Source: an uncultured cyanobacterium (GTDB taxonomy: Bacteria; Cyanobacteriota; Cyanobacteriia; Cyanobacteriales; Nostocaceae). From it: DNA of 64,000 bases. The stretch is from NCBI GenBank assembly GCA_963740315.1, contig CAVUDP010000002.1, positions 1,408,001 to 1,472,000 on the forward strand, written 5' to 3'. Both the position numbers and the translations under genes were made by a program. Below the pieces are notes generated by a model. The model was not told where the DNA came from. It worked only from the letters and a program-made list of their open reading frames with translations, and searched no databases. Below are positions 30,902-40,809 of this stretch, in pieces. Numbering within the stretch: position 1 is the first letter of the stretch; each line of letters begins with the position of its first letter.

Positions 30902-31474
30902 ATAATGAGTAGTGCAATACGGAGAATTGAAAGATGTTGCAAAGACTCCACTTTTTGCGAAAGCTGATTCCGAATTTAACCATATACAAATTAAAAGAGC
31001 GAGTTGATGATTCAACTCGCTCTTTTAGGTATTGGGGCATGGGGCTACCTCCCACCTCCGGTGAATGGGTATTGGGGATTGGGCTACCTCCCACCTCCGG
31101 TGAATGGGGATTGGGCAGTTAATAATTATAAATATATTCTCCCCATCTCCCCCTCTACCCCATCTCCCCCTCTCCCCCGTCATCAGATAATTAATTTGTA
31201 GTGACAACTAAATTTAATGGTATATTAAGCGTCTATTTTATTATTTCTGCCGTCTGTACAATAAGTTTGTAGTAAGCTGCCAAAGTAAAAAAACTGGTGT
31301 AGGGCACTCAGATAGTAAATTGTAGTTGTTTAGCCAAGGTTTACAAATAAACTCTCCTCAGACGAAGGCTATATTAAACTACATCTCCTATATCACAGCA
31401 AACAACCCAAGATAAAACTCAGGCGATGCCTTTATAATTGGTGTTGCCCTACTAGCAGTTATTGTAACTTTTAG

Positions 31475-31726
31475 TTACTCAGAAGCTGCAACTTGTTCGG
31501 AGTTAAGGTGATTGATAGACCAACGATGAGAGACTTCCATAGAAGAACAGGTACAAACTTGCTCTAAGTGCTTTTGTTGGACAGCAGCTTTACGAAGGGT
31601 AATAATTAATTGATTTACCTGGTTCCGTAAATTGGGATTATCAATAACTGCTGTCATAGTTTGCCTTTCTAGCAATTGCAGTAGTAATTCGTAATGGATA
31701 GGTGAAGGAAGAGGAATTTGCTCCAT
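31475..31726 (-). CDS. DUF5340-like conserved cyanobacterial protein
   Basis: PLPSPIHYELLLQLLERQT...LIITLRKA..QQK. Confidence 0.8.
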   Translation of the reverse strand: MEQIPLPSPIHYELLLQLLERQTMTAVIDNPNLRNQVNQLIITLRKAAVQQKHLEQVCTCSSMEVSHRWSINHLNSEQVAASE

Positions 31727-31847
31727 GAAGTTTAAAAAAAAATGGTTGGTAGGGTTGAGACTCTAGCCAAATCTCAAAGTGTATAGTTCCTATATGAATT
31801 GTTGCACAGCTAACTAAGGGATTGTTTGAAGTATTTTCATAAGTTGG

Positions 31848-32738
31848 TTATGAAGGTTTGGCGAAGAGATTAGCGATCGCCATTGCTGGATCTGGCTGTT
31901 TTACCAACGATTCACCAATCAATACGGCATCAGCACCATTGTCCGCTACTAAGCTTAAATCCGATGGAGCATGTAATCCCGATTCGCTAACAACAAGGAT
32001 ATTACGTTCAGTTAATTGCTGAGTCCTTGCCTGTAATAACTTACAAGTAGTTTGTAAGTCAACCGAAAAGTCTTCTAAATTACGATTGTTGATACCAATT
32101 AAGGAAACACCATCTACAGCTAAAACGCGATCGAGTTCTGTTAGAGTATGAACTTCAATCAAAGGTGTCAATTTTAAAGCGTTGGCAATTTTGACAAAAT
32201 ATTGTAAATCTTTGTCACTCAGTACCGCTGCAATCAACAAAACTGCATCAGCACCGCGAAGTCTTGCCAAATACATTTGGTAAGGATAAATTACAAATTC
32301 CTTACATAGTAAAGGTAAATCCACAGCAGCGCGGACTTTAGATAAATTTTCAAAGCTGCCTTGAAAAAACTTTTTATCTGTAAGTACCGAAAGACAGCTA
32401 GCACCACCTTTTTGATACTGCGTAGCAATTTGTACCGGGTCGAAATCTTCCCGTAAAACTCCTTTACTCGGAGAAGCTTTTTTTACTTCTGCTATTAAAG
32501 CTGGTTTGGTTTTGCCTTGACGTAACGCTGCCAGAAAATCGCGAATAGGCGGAGCATTAACTAATTGACGCTGCAAATCCTGTAAAGATTGCTTCTCGCG
32601 CATTTGGTCAACTTCCGCTTCTTTATACCAAACAATTTCTTCCAAAATATTGCTCGGTTCCGCATCAGGTGCAGCAATTTGATACCGCAACGACATTACG
32701 GCAATATCTGGATTTGGGGGACGACGACGGATTTGCAT
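31848..32738 (-). CDS. trpC: Indole-3-glycerol phosphate synthase
   Basis: [34 protein letters not shown]; real start [10 protein letters not shown] at 32738 (the upstream ORF extension is repeat-derived). Confidence 0.97.
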   Translation of the reverse strand: MQIRRRPPNPDIAVMSLRYQIAAPDAEPSNILEEIVWYKEAEVDQMREKQSLQDLQRQLVNAPPIRDFLAALRQGKTKPALIAEVKKASPSKGVLREDFDPVQIATQYQKGGASCLSVLTDKKFFQGSFENLSKVRAAVDLPLLCKEFVIYPYQMYLARLRGADAVLLIAAVLSDKDLQYFVKIANALKLTPLIEVHTLTELDRVLAVDGVSLIGINNRNLEDFSVDLQTTCKLLQARTQQLTERNILVVSESGLHAPSDLSLVADNGADAVLIGESLVKQPDPAMAIANLFAKPS

Positions 32739-32816
32739 AGTTATTTGAGATGGGGGGATGGGGGAGAGGGGGAGATGGGGGAGAGGGGGGAGAGGGGGGA
32801 GATGGGGTTCGGGGGA

Positions 32817-32953
32817 GATGGTAAGCCCAAAACGTGCGGAGGAACACGACCGTTGAGAGAAGTGGCGCAACCCGTTACTCTAACGAGTCGTGCCGCGAGT
32901 AAGGCTTGCGTCGCCTGAAAGGCGATACACGCGGAGCGTGCGGCGAGCGGGGG
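32817..32953 (+). repeat. Composite dispersed repeat, copy 2, within a GGGGAGA(T/G) tract
   Basis: Shared blocks with 9715-9803 and 39706-39875. Confidence 0.88.
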
Positions 32954-33049
32954 AGATGAGGAGAGGGGGAGATGAGGAGATGGGGGGAGAGGGGGAGAGG
33001 GGGAGATGGGGTAATTAAATAGCGAGCAAGATGCTCGCACTACTCTTAA

Positions 33050-33157
33050 TTCCTAACTCCTAACTCCTAACTGCTAACTGCTAACTGCTAACTGCTAACT
33101 GCTAACTGCTAACTGCTAACTGCTAACTGCTAACTGCTAACTGCTAACTGCTAACTG
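33050..33157. repeat. (CTAACTC)/(CTAACTG)n heptamer array
   Basis: About 13 CTAACTG units abutting the lpdA stop codon. Confidence 0.95.
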
Positions 33158-34587
33158 GCTGCTGCTTTTTTGTAGGCTTCATCTAATACTTCGGAAAGTG
33201 TCGGATGAGCGTGGACTAAATGAGCGAGTGAATTGACGCTTTGACGATTGGCGATCGCCGCACTTGCTTCGTGGATAATGTCGGCGGCGTGAAGTCCGAA
33301 AATGTGTACTCCCAAGACTTCTCCGCTATCTTTACGATATACAACTTTGGCGATACCGTCGGCTTCACCTTCGGCTAAAGCTTTGGAATTACCTTTGAAA
33401 TAACTCTTACTAACTCCAACTTCAAAGCCTTCAACTTCAGCTTTTTCTTTAGCTTGTTCCTGTGTCATTCCTACATAGCTAATTTCTGGGTGAGTAAATG
33501 CTGCTGCGGGAATGCTGGAATAATCAATATTTTTGCTTCTACCACAAATATTTTCTACGGCAATAATACCTTGAGCAGAAGCAGCATGAGCCAGCATCAT
33601 CTTACCCGTAGCGTCACCAATTGCCCATAAATGGGGTACGGGTTCGCCTTCACTAAGTACCGCCATCGAGTCATTTACTGGAATAAATTTGCGTCTATCG
33701 AGTTCTACACTAACTGCATCTAAACCTATATTTTGCGTCGCTGGAATCCGCCCGGTAGCTACCAAACAAGCGTCAACTTCCAACACGTCAACCATTTCTT
33801 TAGTTTTAAAATCTGCTAATTCAATTACTACAGGGGAACCAGGGGTAATTTTTTTAGCGTATATTCCCGAATAAGTTTCAATATCGCGAGGATTTATCAA
33901 TACTCTTTCAGCTAATTTAGCAATATCGCGATCGAATCCCGGCATTAACTGCGGTAGGGCTTCTATCATGGTAATTTCGCAACCCAAAGCCGAGTAAACA
34001 TCGGAAAATTCTAAACCGATGTAGCCGCTACCGACAATTGCCACCCATTGCGGCAACCATTCTAACTTTACTGCTTGGTCGCTAGTAAACACGGTTTTAC
34101 CATCAATTTCAATGCCTGCTGGGACAAAAGGCACCGAACCTGGAGAAAGAATAATATCTTTAGCTGTAATAGTTTTTTCACCGTCGGGAGTATCAATAGT
34201 TACCTTTTGTTGTCCGGCAAGTTTACCCCAACCTTGAATAATATCAACACCCAAACGTTTGAGAGAATTAGTTAAATCTCCTTGAATCTTCGCTACCAAA
34301 TTATTGGCATGATTGGCGATATCCTCTCTTTCAAATCGAACGTTATCAATTTGAATTCCTAATGCCTTGAGATGGTAAGCATCGCGTAACTCCCGTACCT
34401 TTCCAGAAGCAGCAAGTAGCGCCTTCGAGGGGATACAGCCACGGTTAACGCAGGTTCCCCCCATATCACCCGCTTCAATAATTGCAGTTTTCAATCCGCA
34501 GCTAACGGCGTGTAAGGCAGCGCCATGTCCACCTACCCCAGCGCCTACAATCACCAAATCGTAATCAAATGCCTGACTCACCGTCAT
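33151..34587 (-). CDS. lpdA: Dihydrolipoamide dehydrogenase
   Basis: [27 protein letters not shown] and HAHPTLSE motifs. Confidence 0.97.
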   Translation of the reverse strand: MTVSQAFDYDLVIVGAGVGGHGAALHAVSCGLKTAIIEAGDMGGTCVNRGCIPSKALLAASGKVRELRDAYHLKALGIQIDNVRFEREDIANHANNLVAKIQGDLTNSLKRLGVDIIQGWGKLAGQQKVTIDTPDGEKTITAKDIILSPGSVPFVPAGIEIDGKTVFTSDQAVKLEWLPQWVAIVGSGYIGLEFSDVYSALGCEITMIEALPQLMPGFDRDIAKLAERVLINPRDIETYSGIYAKKITPGSPVVIELADFKTKEMVDVLEVDACLVATGRIPATQNIGLDAVSVELDRRKFIPVNDSMAVLSEGEPVPHLWAIGDATGKMMLAHAASAQGIIAVENICGRSKNIDYSSIPAAAFTHPEISYVGMTQEQAKEKAEVEGFEVGVSKSYFKGNSKALAEGEADGIAKVVYRKDSGEVLGVHIFGLHAADIIHEASAAIANRQSVNSLAHLVHAHPTLSEVLDEAYKKAAAS

Positions 34588-34922
34588 ATTACTCCGCGTG
34601 CTTATTCGTGTTTATTTTTAACTGAGTGCAGCGATACTGCAAGTCTTTTTTATTTTAGAGTTTTGCCAAACTTAATATTATAGTTTTTACTACTAAGGTG
34701 ATTAATTTTGCTTTGCGATTGTTTACAAGAACTATGAATTAATATAAATGTGTCCGAAAATACAAATTGCTGTTTGATAGTAGAAATTTATAACATTATT
34801 ATCTATTAGTCTTCCCACTGTTACTTTTTTTTAACTAAGTTAGCATGAATTTGTACAGCTATAACCCTTAATATTGATGGTAAGAAGTTTTATAGAAAAA
34901 GTTATTGTAAAGGAAATCAACT

Positions 34923-35267
34923 ATGGCTGAATCAGTACAGTATCTTACCAACAACCAAGGAGAAAGAATTGGCGTATTCTTAGATTTGGACAATTACCAT
35001 CAATTGATGAATCAATCGGTGGTAGATTCTGAAATTTTAACTAATTTAAGTATAGATGAATTGCAAGCTAAGCCAGATATTAAGTTATCTACAACTACTC
35101 AAACTGAATTAGATGATTTATTAGTAAGGAATACCGATAATCAACTGTCAAAGAATGAAAGTGAAACTTTAGATAGTTTATTAATAAAGGTTGACCAGCT
35201 AAATATTCTAAAAACTAGAGCTAGATATAGCTTAAATCATTTGGAGAGGATATTAAGAGTTACATAA
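34923..35267 (+). CDS. Hypothetical antitoxin-like protein
   Basis: VQYLTNNQGERIGV N-terminus; ELDDLL..N...LS..E...LD.LL...DQLNILKTRARY. Confidence 0.6.
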   Translation: MAESVQYLTNNQGERIGVFLDLDNYHQLMNQSVVDSEILTNLSIDELQAKPDIKLSTTTQTELDDLLVRNTDNQLSKNESETLDSLLIKVDQLNILKTRARYSLNHLERILRVT

Positions 35268-35320
35268 TTTTTAAAATATTTGCCAATCTGAAAAAATGTG
35301 TTAATTTGCATTGCACTATT

Positions 35321-35674
35321 TTAATTTAATTCATCTAAACCTAGTATGTTAGATAGAGCAACTTTTAATTGCATCATATAATCCTCATTTAGCAGACCGA
35401 TAACTTTAATGATTCTAGATTTATCAATTACTCGGATTTGTTCGCATATGACTGAATCTTGTGTTAATCCACCAACTCCGCAAGGCACAAATACATGACA
35501 AGGCAAAAGCGCACGTCGAATTTTAGAAGTAAAAGGTGCAATAATTGTATGAGGGCTAACAGTATTTGCTCTGTCTATTTGTATAATTACAACAGGTCTA
35601 ATACCAGCTTGTTCTGTACCTAATACTGGATTTAAATCGCATAAAATAACATTTCCTCGCTTAATATTTACCAC
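35321..35674 (-). CDS. mazF: MazF/PemK family endoribonuclease toxin
   Basis: RG.V...DLNP..G.EQAGIRPVVIIQ, APFTS, DSV.CEQIR.IDKSR. Confidence 0.9.
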   Translation of the reverse strand: MVNIKRGNVILCDLNPVLGTEQAGIRPVVIIQIDRANTVSPHTIIAPFTSKIRRALLPCHVFVPCGVGGLTQDSVICEQIRVIDKSRIIKVIGLLNEDYMMQLKVALSNILGLDELN

Positions 35675-35896
35675 TGAATTTCACCACGAGCCAAACGATT
35701 TTCGTAATCTTCACTCATTAGATAAGTAGCTGGAAAAATCTAATTCGACTATTGTTTGAGATTCTTCGGACTGTAACCATGATGAAGAGTCTTTACCCGA
35801 ATGTTTCCATAGCAAGTAATCGATAAAATCATTTACTTCTTCAACTAAGGAATCTGGAAGATTAGAAATTTTAGCAATAGTTTTATCGTGTATCAT
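35668..35896 (-). pseudogene. DUF2281-like antitoxin with a +1 frameshift near its 3' end
   Basis: LPDSLVEEVNDFIDYL; after the stop at 35711 another frame continues EDYENRLARGEIQW*, overlapping the mazF GTG. Confidence 0.75.
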
Positions 35897-36029
35897 TACT
35901 TAAAGATTGCTGGTTTTGGTTACTATTTATGTTAAAGAGTTTTAGATGAAAAAGCAATTATAAAATACTGGATAAACTCAGGATCGGTCTGAAAAAAAAC
36001 TAATAACAGGGTAGTTTTCCGAAGCGGTG

Positions 36030-36366
36030 TTAACTTTGAATAAATTCCTGTACTGCTTTAACTGCTTCTTGTAACTCTTGAGAATTTTTAGCCTTTACCT
36101 TAATTTTCTTACCATTAGCTTCTGCTTCTACTTCAATGAGTTTATTCTCAAGACGCTCGCTCAAAAATCCCCATACCTGTTTAATATTCTGAGATTTGAC
36201 GAAAGTCCAGATTTTACCAGCGACATAACCCGATATTGACTTGCTGTTATGGGGTACGTTAAGTTAGGCAACTCGTCCAACTTCTTCAACTTCATCTAAA
36301 TTCTTCATCTAAATCTGGATCTACAAAAGAAATAGTAAGTTTCACACCTATTAAGTCGGTAATCAT
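36030..36366 (-). pseudogene. Decayed EACC1-like caspase-partner gene (not in the ORF track)
   Basis: Manual translation: MITDLIGVKLTISFVDPDLDEE / MKNLDEVEEVGRVA*LNVPHNSKSISGYVAGKIWTFVKSQNIKQVWGFLSERLENKLIEVEAEANGKKIK / VKAKNSQELQEAVKAVQEFIQS*. Confidence 0.7.
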
Positions 36367-36446
36367 ACAGCATTAGTAGGATATTATACTTATATTTTAA
36401 GTTATAAAAGCAACAATTAGCCAAATTGAATATTACCAATTCCCTC

Positions 36447-38723
36447 TTAAACAATTTCACCCGAAATCATTTTCCTTAACTCCTGTTGTTTTTCTTGGCT
36501 AAGACGATAAACTTCTGGTGCGGGTTTACCAACAATATGTCCTTGAATATAAGTTACACCTATTTCTTTAAGTTGATACAAATTAATTGGAGTCTCTTCA
36601 TCCACTCCTTCAACTATTACATTAGGCGGATATAAATTGTTTGCTTTGACAATTTCGTGAACAAAACGAATTATTAAATCGCTAGATTGATGATGCAGAA
36701 TTTCACGATCTATTTTAACGTGACATGGATTCAACCCTGCTAATCGAGAAACTGAAGCATAACCAACGCCAAAATCATCTATGGCAAATCGAATATTAAA
36801 TTGCTGTACGTATTGTAAAAGTTTGTTTTTGAAAAAGGCTAAAGGATTATCTAATCTAATTCCATTTTCAAACTGCGGTAATTCCGATTTTTCCGAAATT
36901 TCTAAGATCAAATTTCTTGGTGAAATGATATTTTCTTCAATAATCTGTTTTACTCTTTCAAAATATGCCGTTCTAACTAAAGATTCTGGGTATACATTCA
37001 CGGATAATGGTACAACATCACCGGGTCTTCTTTGTTTTGATTTTCTCGCTTGTCGATAGCTTTTCGTGGCAATTGTCAGAAAATATTGATCCAATTCAAT
37101 TTTAAACCGAGAACCCCATAATTCTGCTGTTTGAAATAAATCAACAGGAGCAGCTAAAGTTTGAGTGTCTCTAGCTAAAGCTTCCCAACCACTGACGAAA
37201 AATTCATCTGAATCTACACAAATTACAGGTTCAAAATAAACAACCATTTTTTGCAATCAATCGCAAAATAGTTGAAATCTTCTTTCGTATAGCGGTTCAG
37301 AAATAAATCCAATATCTCTTTTTAAATCGTCAATAATAGCAGCTTCTACGAATGCAGGCTCTAATATTTGGCTACTTTGATAAAAACTAGATAAAATTCT
37401 GCCATATGCATTTTTTAGTAAGTATGAATTATCGGGCAAACCGCAAATTACCATAATTTCAGCTTCTGGGGGCATTTTTAACGGTATCATCACAAAAGCA
37501 TTGGCAGAATCTTTCGCATATTCATGGATTTTATAAGTTCCATGATGGGAAGGATTAAAAATTGATTCATGAGAGATAGTTGGAAAAATTACTGTATTTA
37601 GTATATTAAGGTAAGCATCACTATCTATATTTTCTGATAGATTGCTCTGTGATTCAACAAAGCATTTATCTTGACTATCATTTTTGAGTATAAATACAAA
37701 ATCTGCTTTAGATGTATTCCTAATAATTTCTATAATATGACTTTTTATTTCGGAACTAGTTAATATATCCCTAGAATTACTAAATAAATAATAGTCTTTT
37801 AACCTCATAATTAAATCGTGGATAAAAGACTCGAATGGTTCTAAAAAATTAGGTAAGTAAGTTATTTGTGACAAATAAGGTTCTGTATCGTGTTGTTGCT
37901 GCGTTCTGCCTAACTTTAACTCACCAAAACTTATCTTATTTACTAGAGGTGAAAAAATTTGCTGCTGGATTAAACGCGCTTTTGCTAACTGAATTTTATA
38001 ACCTTCCTTAAAAGCATAAATTTCCGGCTTGATTTTAGGTGCAATCTCCTGCATCTTCATGCGAATATATTCATGCAGTTCATCCACACAAATCATACCA
38101 TCGCCATCGATATCAGCCTTGCCATTTTCAATTCCTTCAACAAGATAGCGGGTATAAATTGAATGATTAGATGCTTGTTCTTCAAAAGAATATTGAGTAG
38201 AAGTAGAAGAAGTTAAAACAGCCCTTCCTTCTCCTCCCAATTGATTTTTAATATCTACATTGCCATCATTTTTCACCCTCATACCTTGAGCAAAAGCACC
38301 GCTAAAGCAGCAATCAAGAATTATTACCTGTCGCCGCGAAGGACTTTTATCCATTATGTGATGTACAAAACTTGCAGCTACTGTAGTGGAAGTTATTAAT
38401 TGCCCGTTAGGATGTTTGCAAGTTTGACTGCTTGCTAAGTAAAGATTGCCGTTGTCATCTTTAATTCCATGCCCGGAAAAATACAGCAATACCAAATCAT
38501 TTTTTTGGCAATTAGAGAAGATTTTCTCAATTTCCATGCCCATATTTGGTATCTGCGGATTTTTCAATACTTTGATATTATCTGGGGGAAAATCACCCAT
38601 TTCTGGATGCTGTAAAACACGTTGCATTGCATCAACATCCTTAAGGGAACCTAGTAGGGGATTCAACTCGTATTCATATTCGCTTACCCCAATTAGCAAT
38701 GCCAATTTCATTTGTTTACCCAT
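36447..38723 (-). pseudogene. Caspase-like (C14) protease + GAF-like region + EAL phosphodiesterase fusion, split by an in-frame TGA at 37257-37259
   Basis: ALLIGVSEY, YFSGHG and ILDCCFSG in the 488 aa ORF; WEALAR, SVNV, LEISE, IDDFGVGY, VKIDR, VEGV and IQG in the abutting same-frame 269 aa ORF; junction TGC GAT TGA TTG CAA. Confidence 0.85.
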
Positions 38724-39102
38724 ACAGTTATGAAAATTAGTACTAAAAACAGTTACTACCTAACTTTTTGTTTGATTCGGGCTTTGAATGTCAGCATTAT
38801 CATAAGGTTTGCTTACTGTCGTCATTAGTATTACATAATGACTGCATTTTAAATTCAACAACAATGATATAAATCACAAATATGACTGATGACGATTCAC
38901 TAGTCTTTTATACAAAGACCTAGATTTTGTGTAAAAAGTATTATTTATTGTATTTAAATATTTAAATTTAAGGAATTTTACCCAACTACCCTTTACACAT
39001 TCTCCCAAGGGTACGGCTCAGTTCGATCGCGCTACCATAAGATCCCACGCACTCAAAGTACGCAGGATTAGTTCAAAACTAAATATACATTTATTTATTA
39101 AA

Positions 39103-39189
39103 CGGAGAGGGAGGGATTCGAACCCTCGCTACCCTTTCGAGTAAACAGCATTTCCAGTGCTGCGCCTTAAACCACTCGGCCACCTCTCC
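39103..39189 (-). tRNA. trnS: tRNA-Ser (GGA)
   Basis: GGAGAGGTGGCCGAGTGGTTTAAGGCG CAGCA-CTGGAAA-TGCTG, long variable arm, GGTTCGAATCCC TCCCTCTCCG; CCA not encoded. Confidence 0.97.
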
Positions 39190-39286
39190 AGGTGCCACAA
39201 GAAGCCATTCTACATTGAAATCAAATAAACTGCAATCCTTAAGAGAATAATTCTATAATGACGGAATTCAAAGCTATGTAATCATC

Positions 39287-39655
39287 ATGTCCTCTACATA
39301 TAAAGTCACAGTTCGCGATCGCGCAAAAGGGATTACCCATACTCTACTTGTTCCCGATAACCGCTACATTCTGCAAAGTTTTGAAAAACTTGGTGTAGAC
39401 TTACCGTTTTCTTGTCGTAATGGCGCTTGTACTACCTGCGCTGTCAGAGTTATTAAAGGAAATATTTCTCAACCCGAAGCTGTGGGATTATCACCTCATT
39501 TGCAAAGAAAAGGCTATGCATTATTGTGCGTTAGTTATGCTTGTTCCGATTTAGAAGTAGAAACCCAAGACGAAGACGAAGTTTACGAACTACAATTCGG
39601 ACGTTATTTTGCCAGAGGTAGAGTACGTGTTGGCTTACCGATTGAGGAAGATTAA
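39287..39655 (+). CDS. 2Fe-2S ferredoxin with C-terminal extension (Fed2/FdC2-like)
   Basis: LPFSCRNGACTTC...LLC; EDEVYELQFGRYF tail. Confidence 0.9.
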   Translation: MSSTYKVTVRDRAKGITHTLLVPDNRYILQSFEKLGVDLPFSCRNGACTTCAVRVIKGNISQPEAVGLSPHLQRKGYALLCVSYACSDLEVETQDEDEVYELQFGRYFARGRVRVGLPIEED

Positions 39656-39705
39656 TTAGGATGGGGATGGAGAGAGGGGGAGAGGGGGGGATGGGGAGAT
39701 GGGGA

Positions 39706-39875
39706 GATGGTAAGCCCAAAACGTGCGCGGTGAGAGCAGTCGCGTGCGGGGGTTCCCCCCGTTGAGCGAACTGCCGAACCCGAAGGGGTTCCCCGCGTTG
39801 AGAGAAGTGGCGCAACCCGTTACTCTAACGAGTCGTGCCGCGCTGAACACGCGGAGCGTGCGGCGAGCGGGGGGG
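39706..39875 (+). repeat. Composite dispersed repeat, copy 3, with a nested extra module
   Basis: Same frame as 32817-32953 plus CGGTGAGAGCAGTCGC...CGAACCCGAAGGG. Confidence 0.88.
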
Positions 39876-39924
39876 ATGGGGACAAGGGGAAAGGGGACAA
39901 GGGGAAAATATTGAGCTATTTATT

Positions 39925-40159
39925 CAACTCCTAACTCTTAACTGATAATTCCTAAGTGATAACTCCTAACTCCTAACTCCTAACTCCTAACTCCTAACTC
40001 CTAACTCTTAACTCCTAACTCTTAACTCTTAACTCTTAACTCTTAACTCTTAACTCCTAACTCTTAACTCCTAACTCTTAACTCTTAACTCTTAACTTCT
40101 AATCTAAAATCTAAAATCTAAAATCTAAAATCTAAAATCTAAAATCTAAAATCTAAAAT
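39925..40159. repeat. (TAACTCC/TAACTCT)n followed by (AATCTAA)n arrays
   Basis: More than 20 heptamer units. Confidence 0.95.
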
Positions 40160-40162
40160 TCA

Positions 40163-40690
40163 ATGAAGTCAGCAGTTATTTTCTTATGTTGCTTGTTGCT
40201 GTTGATGGGGTGCCAAGCTAAAAAAGATACATCCCAACCGGGAACGGTACCGATTAAGGTGGTGCGGGTTGTCAGCGGACAAACTTTACAGGTTACGGGT
40301 TTTCGCGAACAGCCTGATTTAATTTCTGAGGTACGTTTGACGGGTATTAGCGCCCCCCCCGCACGTCAGCGCCCTTGGGGAGAGGCTTCCAAACAACGTT
40401 TAATAGAATTGATTGGAGATAAATCCTCACCCGTGAGATTAGAATTTGACGTGGAAGCGAAAGATAAATTTGGACGAACCTTAGCTTACGTATGGAAAGA
40501 TGAAACGTTAGTAAACGAACAACTTGTTAAAGAAGGACACGCATTATTTATGGGGCGATCGCCAAATCACAAATACGATTCCCGCTTGGAACGCGCACAG
40601 CATTGGTCTAGACTTATGGGAGAAGGAATTTGGAACCCCGAAGATCCCATGCGTCTTTCTCCCTCTGAGTTTCGCCGCGTTTATCGTTAG
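40163..40690 (+). CDS. Thermonuclease (SNase) family lipoprotein
   Basis: Lipobox LMGC; VRVVSGQT, VRLTGISAP, DKFGRTLAYVW, VNEQLVKEG. Confidence 0.9.
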   Translation: MKSAVIFLCCLLLLMGCQAKKDTSQPGTVPIKVVRVVSGQTLQVTGFREQPDLISEVRLTGISAPPARQRPWGEASKQRLIELIGDKSSPVRLEFDVEAKDKFGRTLAYVWKDETLVNEQLVKEGHALFMGRSPNHKYDSRLERAQHWSRLMGEGIWNPEDPMRLSPSEFRRVYR

Positions 40691-40809
40691 AAGTTAGTTG
40701 TTAGTGATTAGTGGTTAGTTGTCAAGGATCGGAGTTTAGGAGTTAGAAATAAGGAATTAGAAGTTAATTTTAAATCAACTAACAACTATCAACTAACAAC
40801 TATCAACTA

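Noticed and set aside
32739..32870. N-terminal extension of TrpC
   Set aside because: Derived from repeat DNA; the plausible start is MQIRRRPP at 32738
1462..37259. Programmed readthrough (Sec/Pyl) of the in-frame TAG and TGA stops
   Set aside because: Both are single-base changes from Trp or Arg codons; no SECIS-like evidence and no recoding machinery in view
34600..39102. Intact prophage or integrative element at tRNA-Ser
   Set aside because: No integrase, phage genes or duplicated tRNA 3' end found
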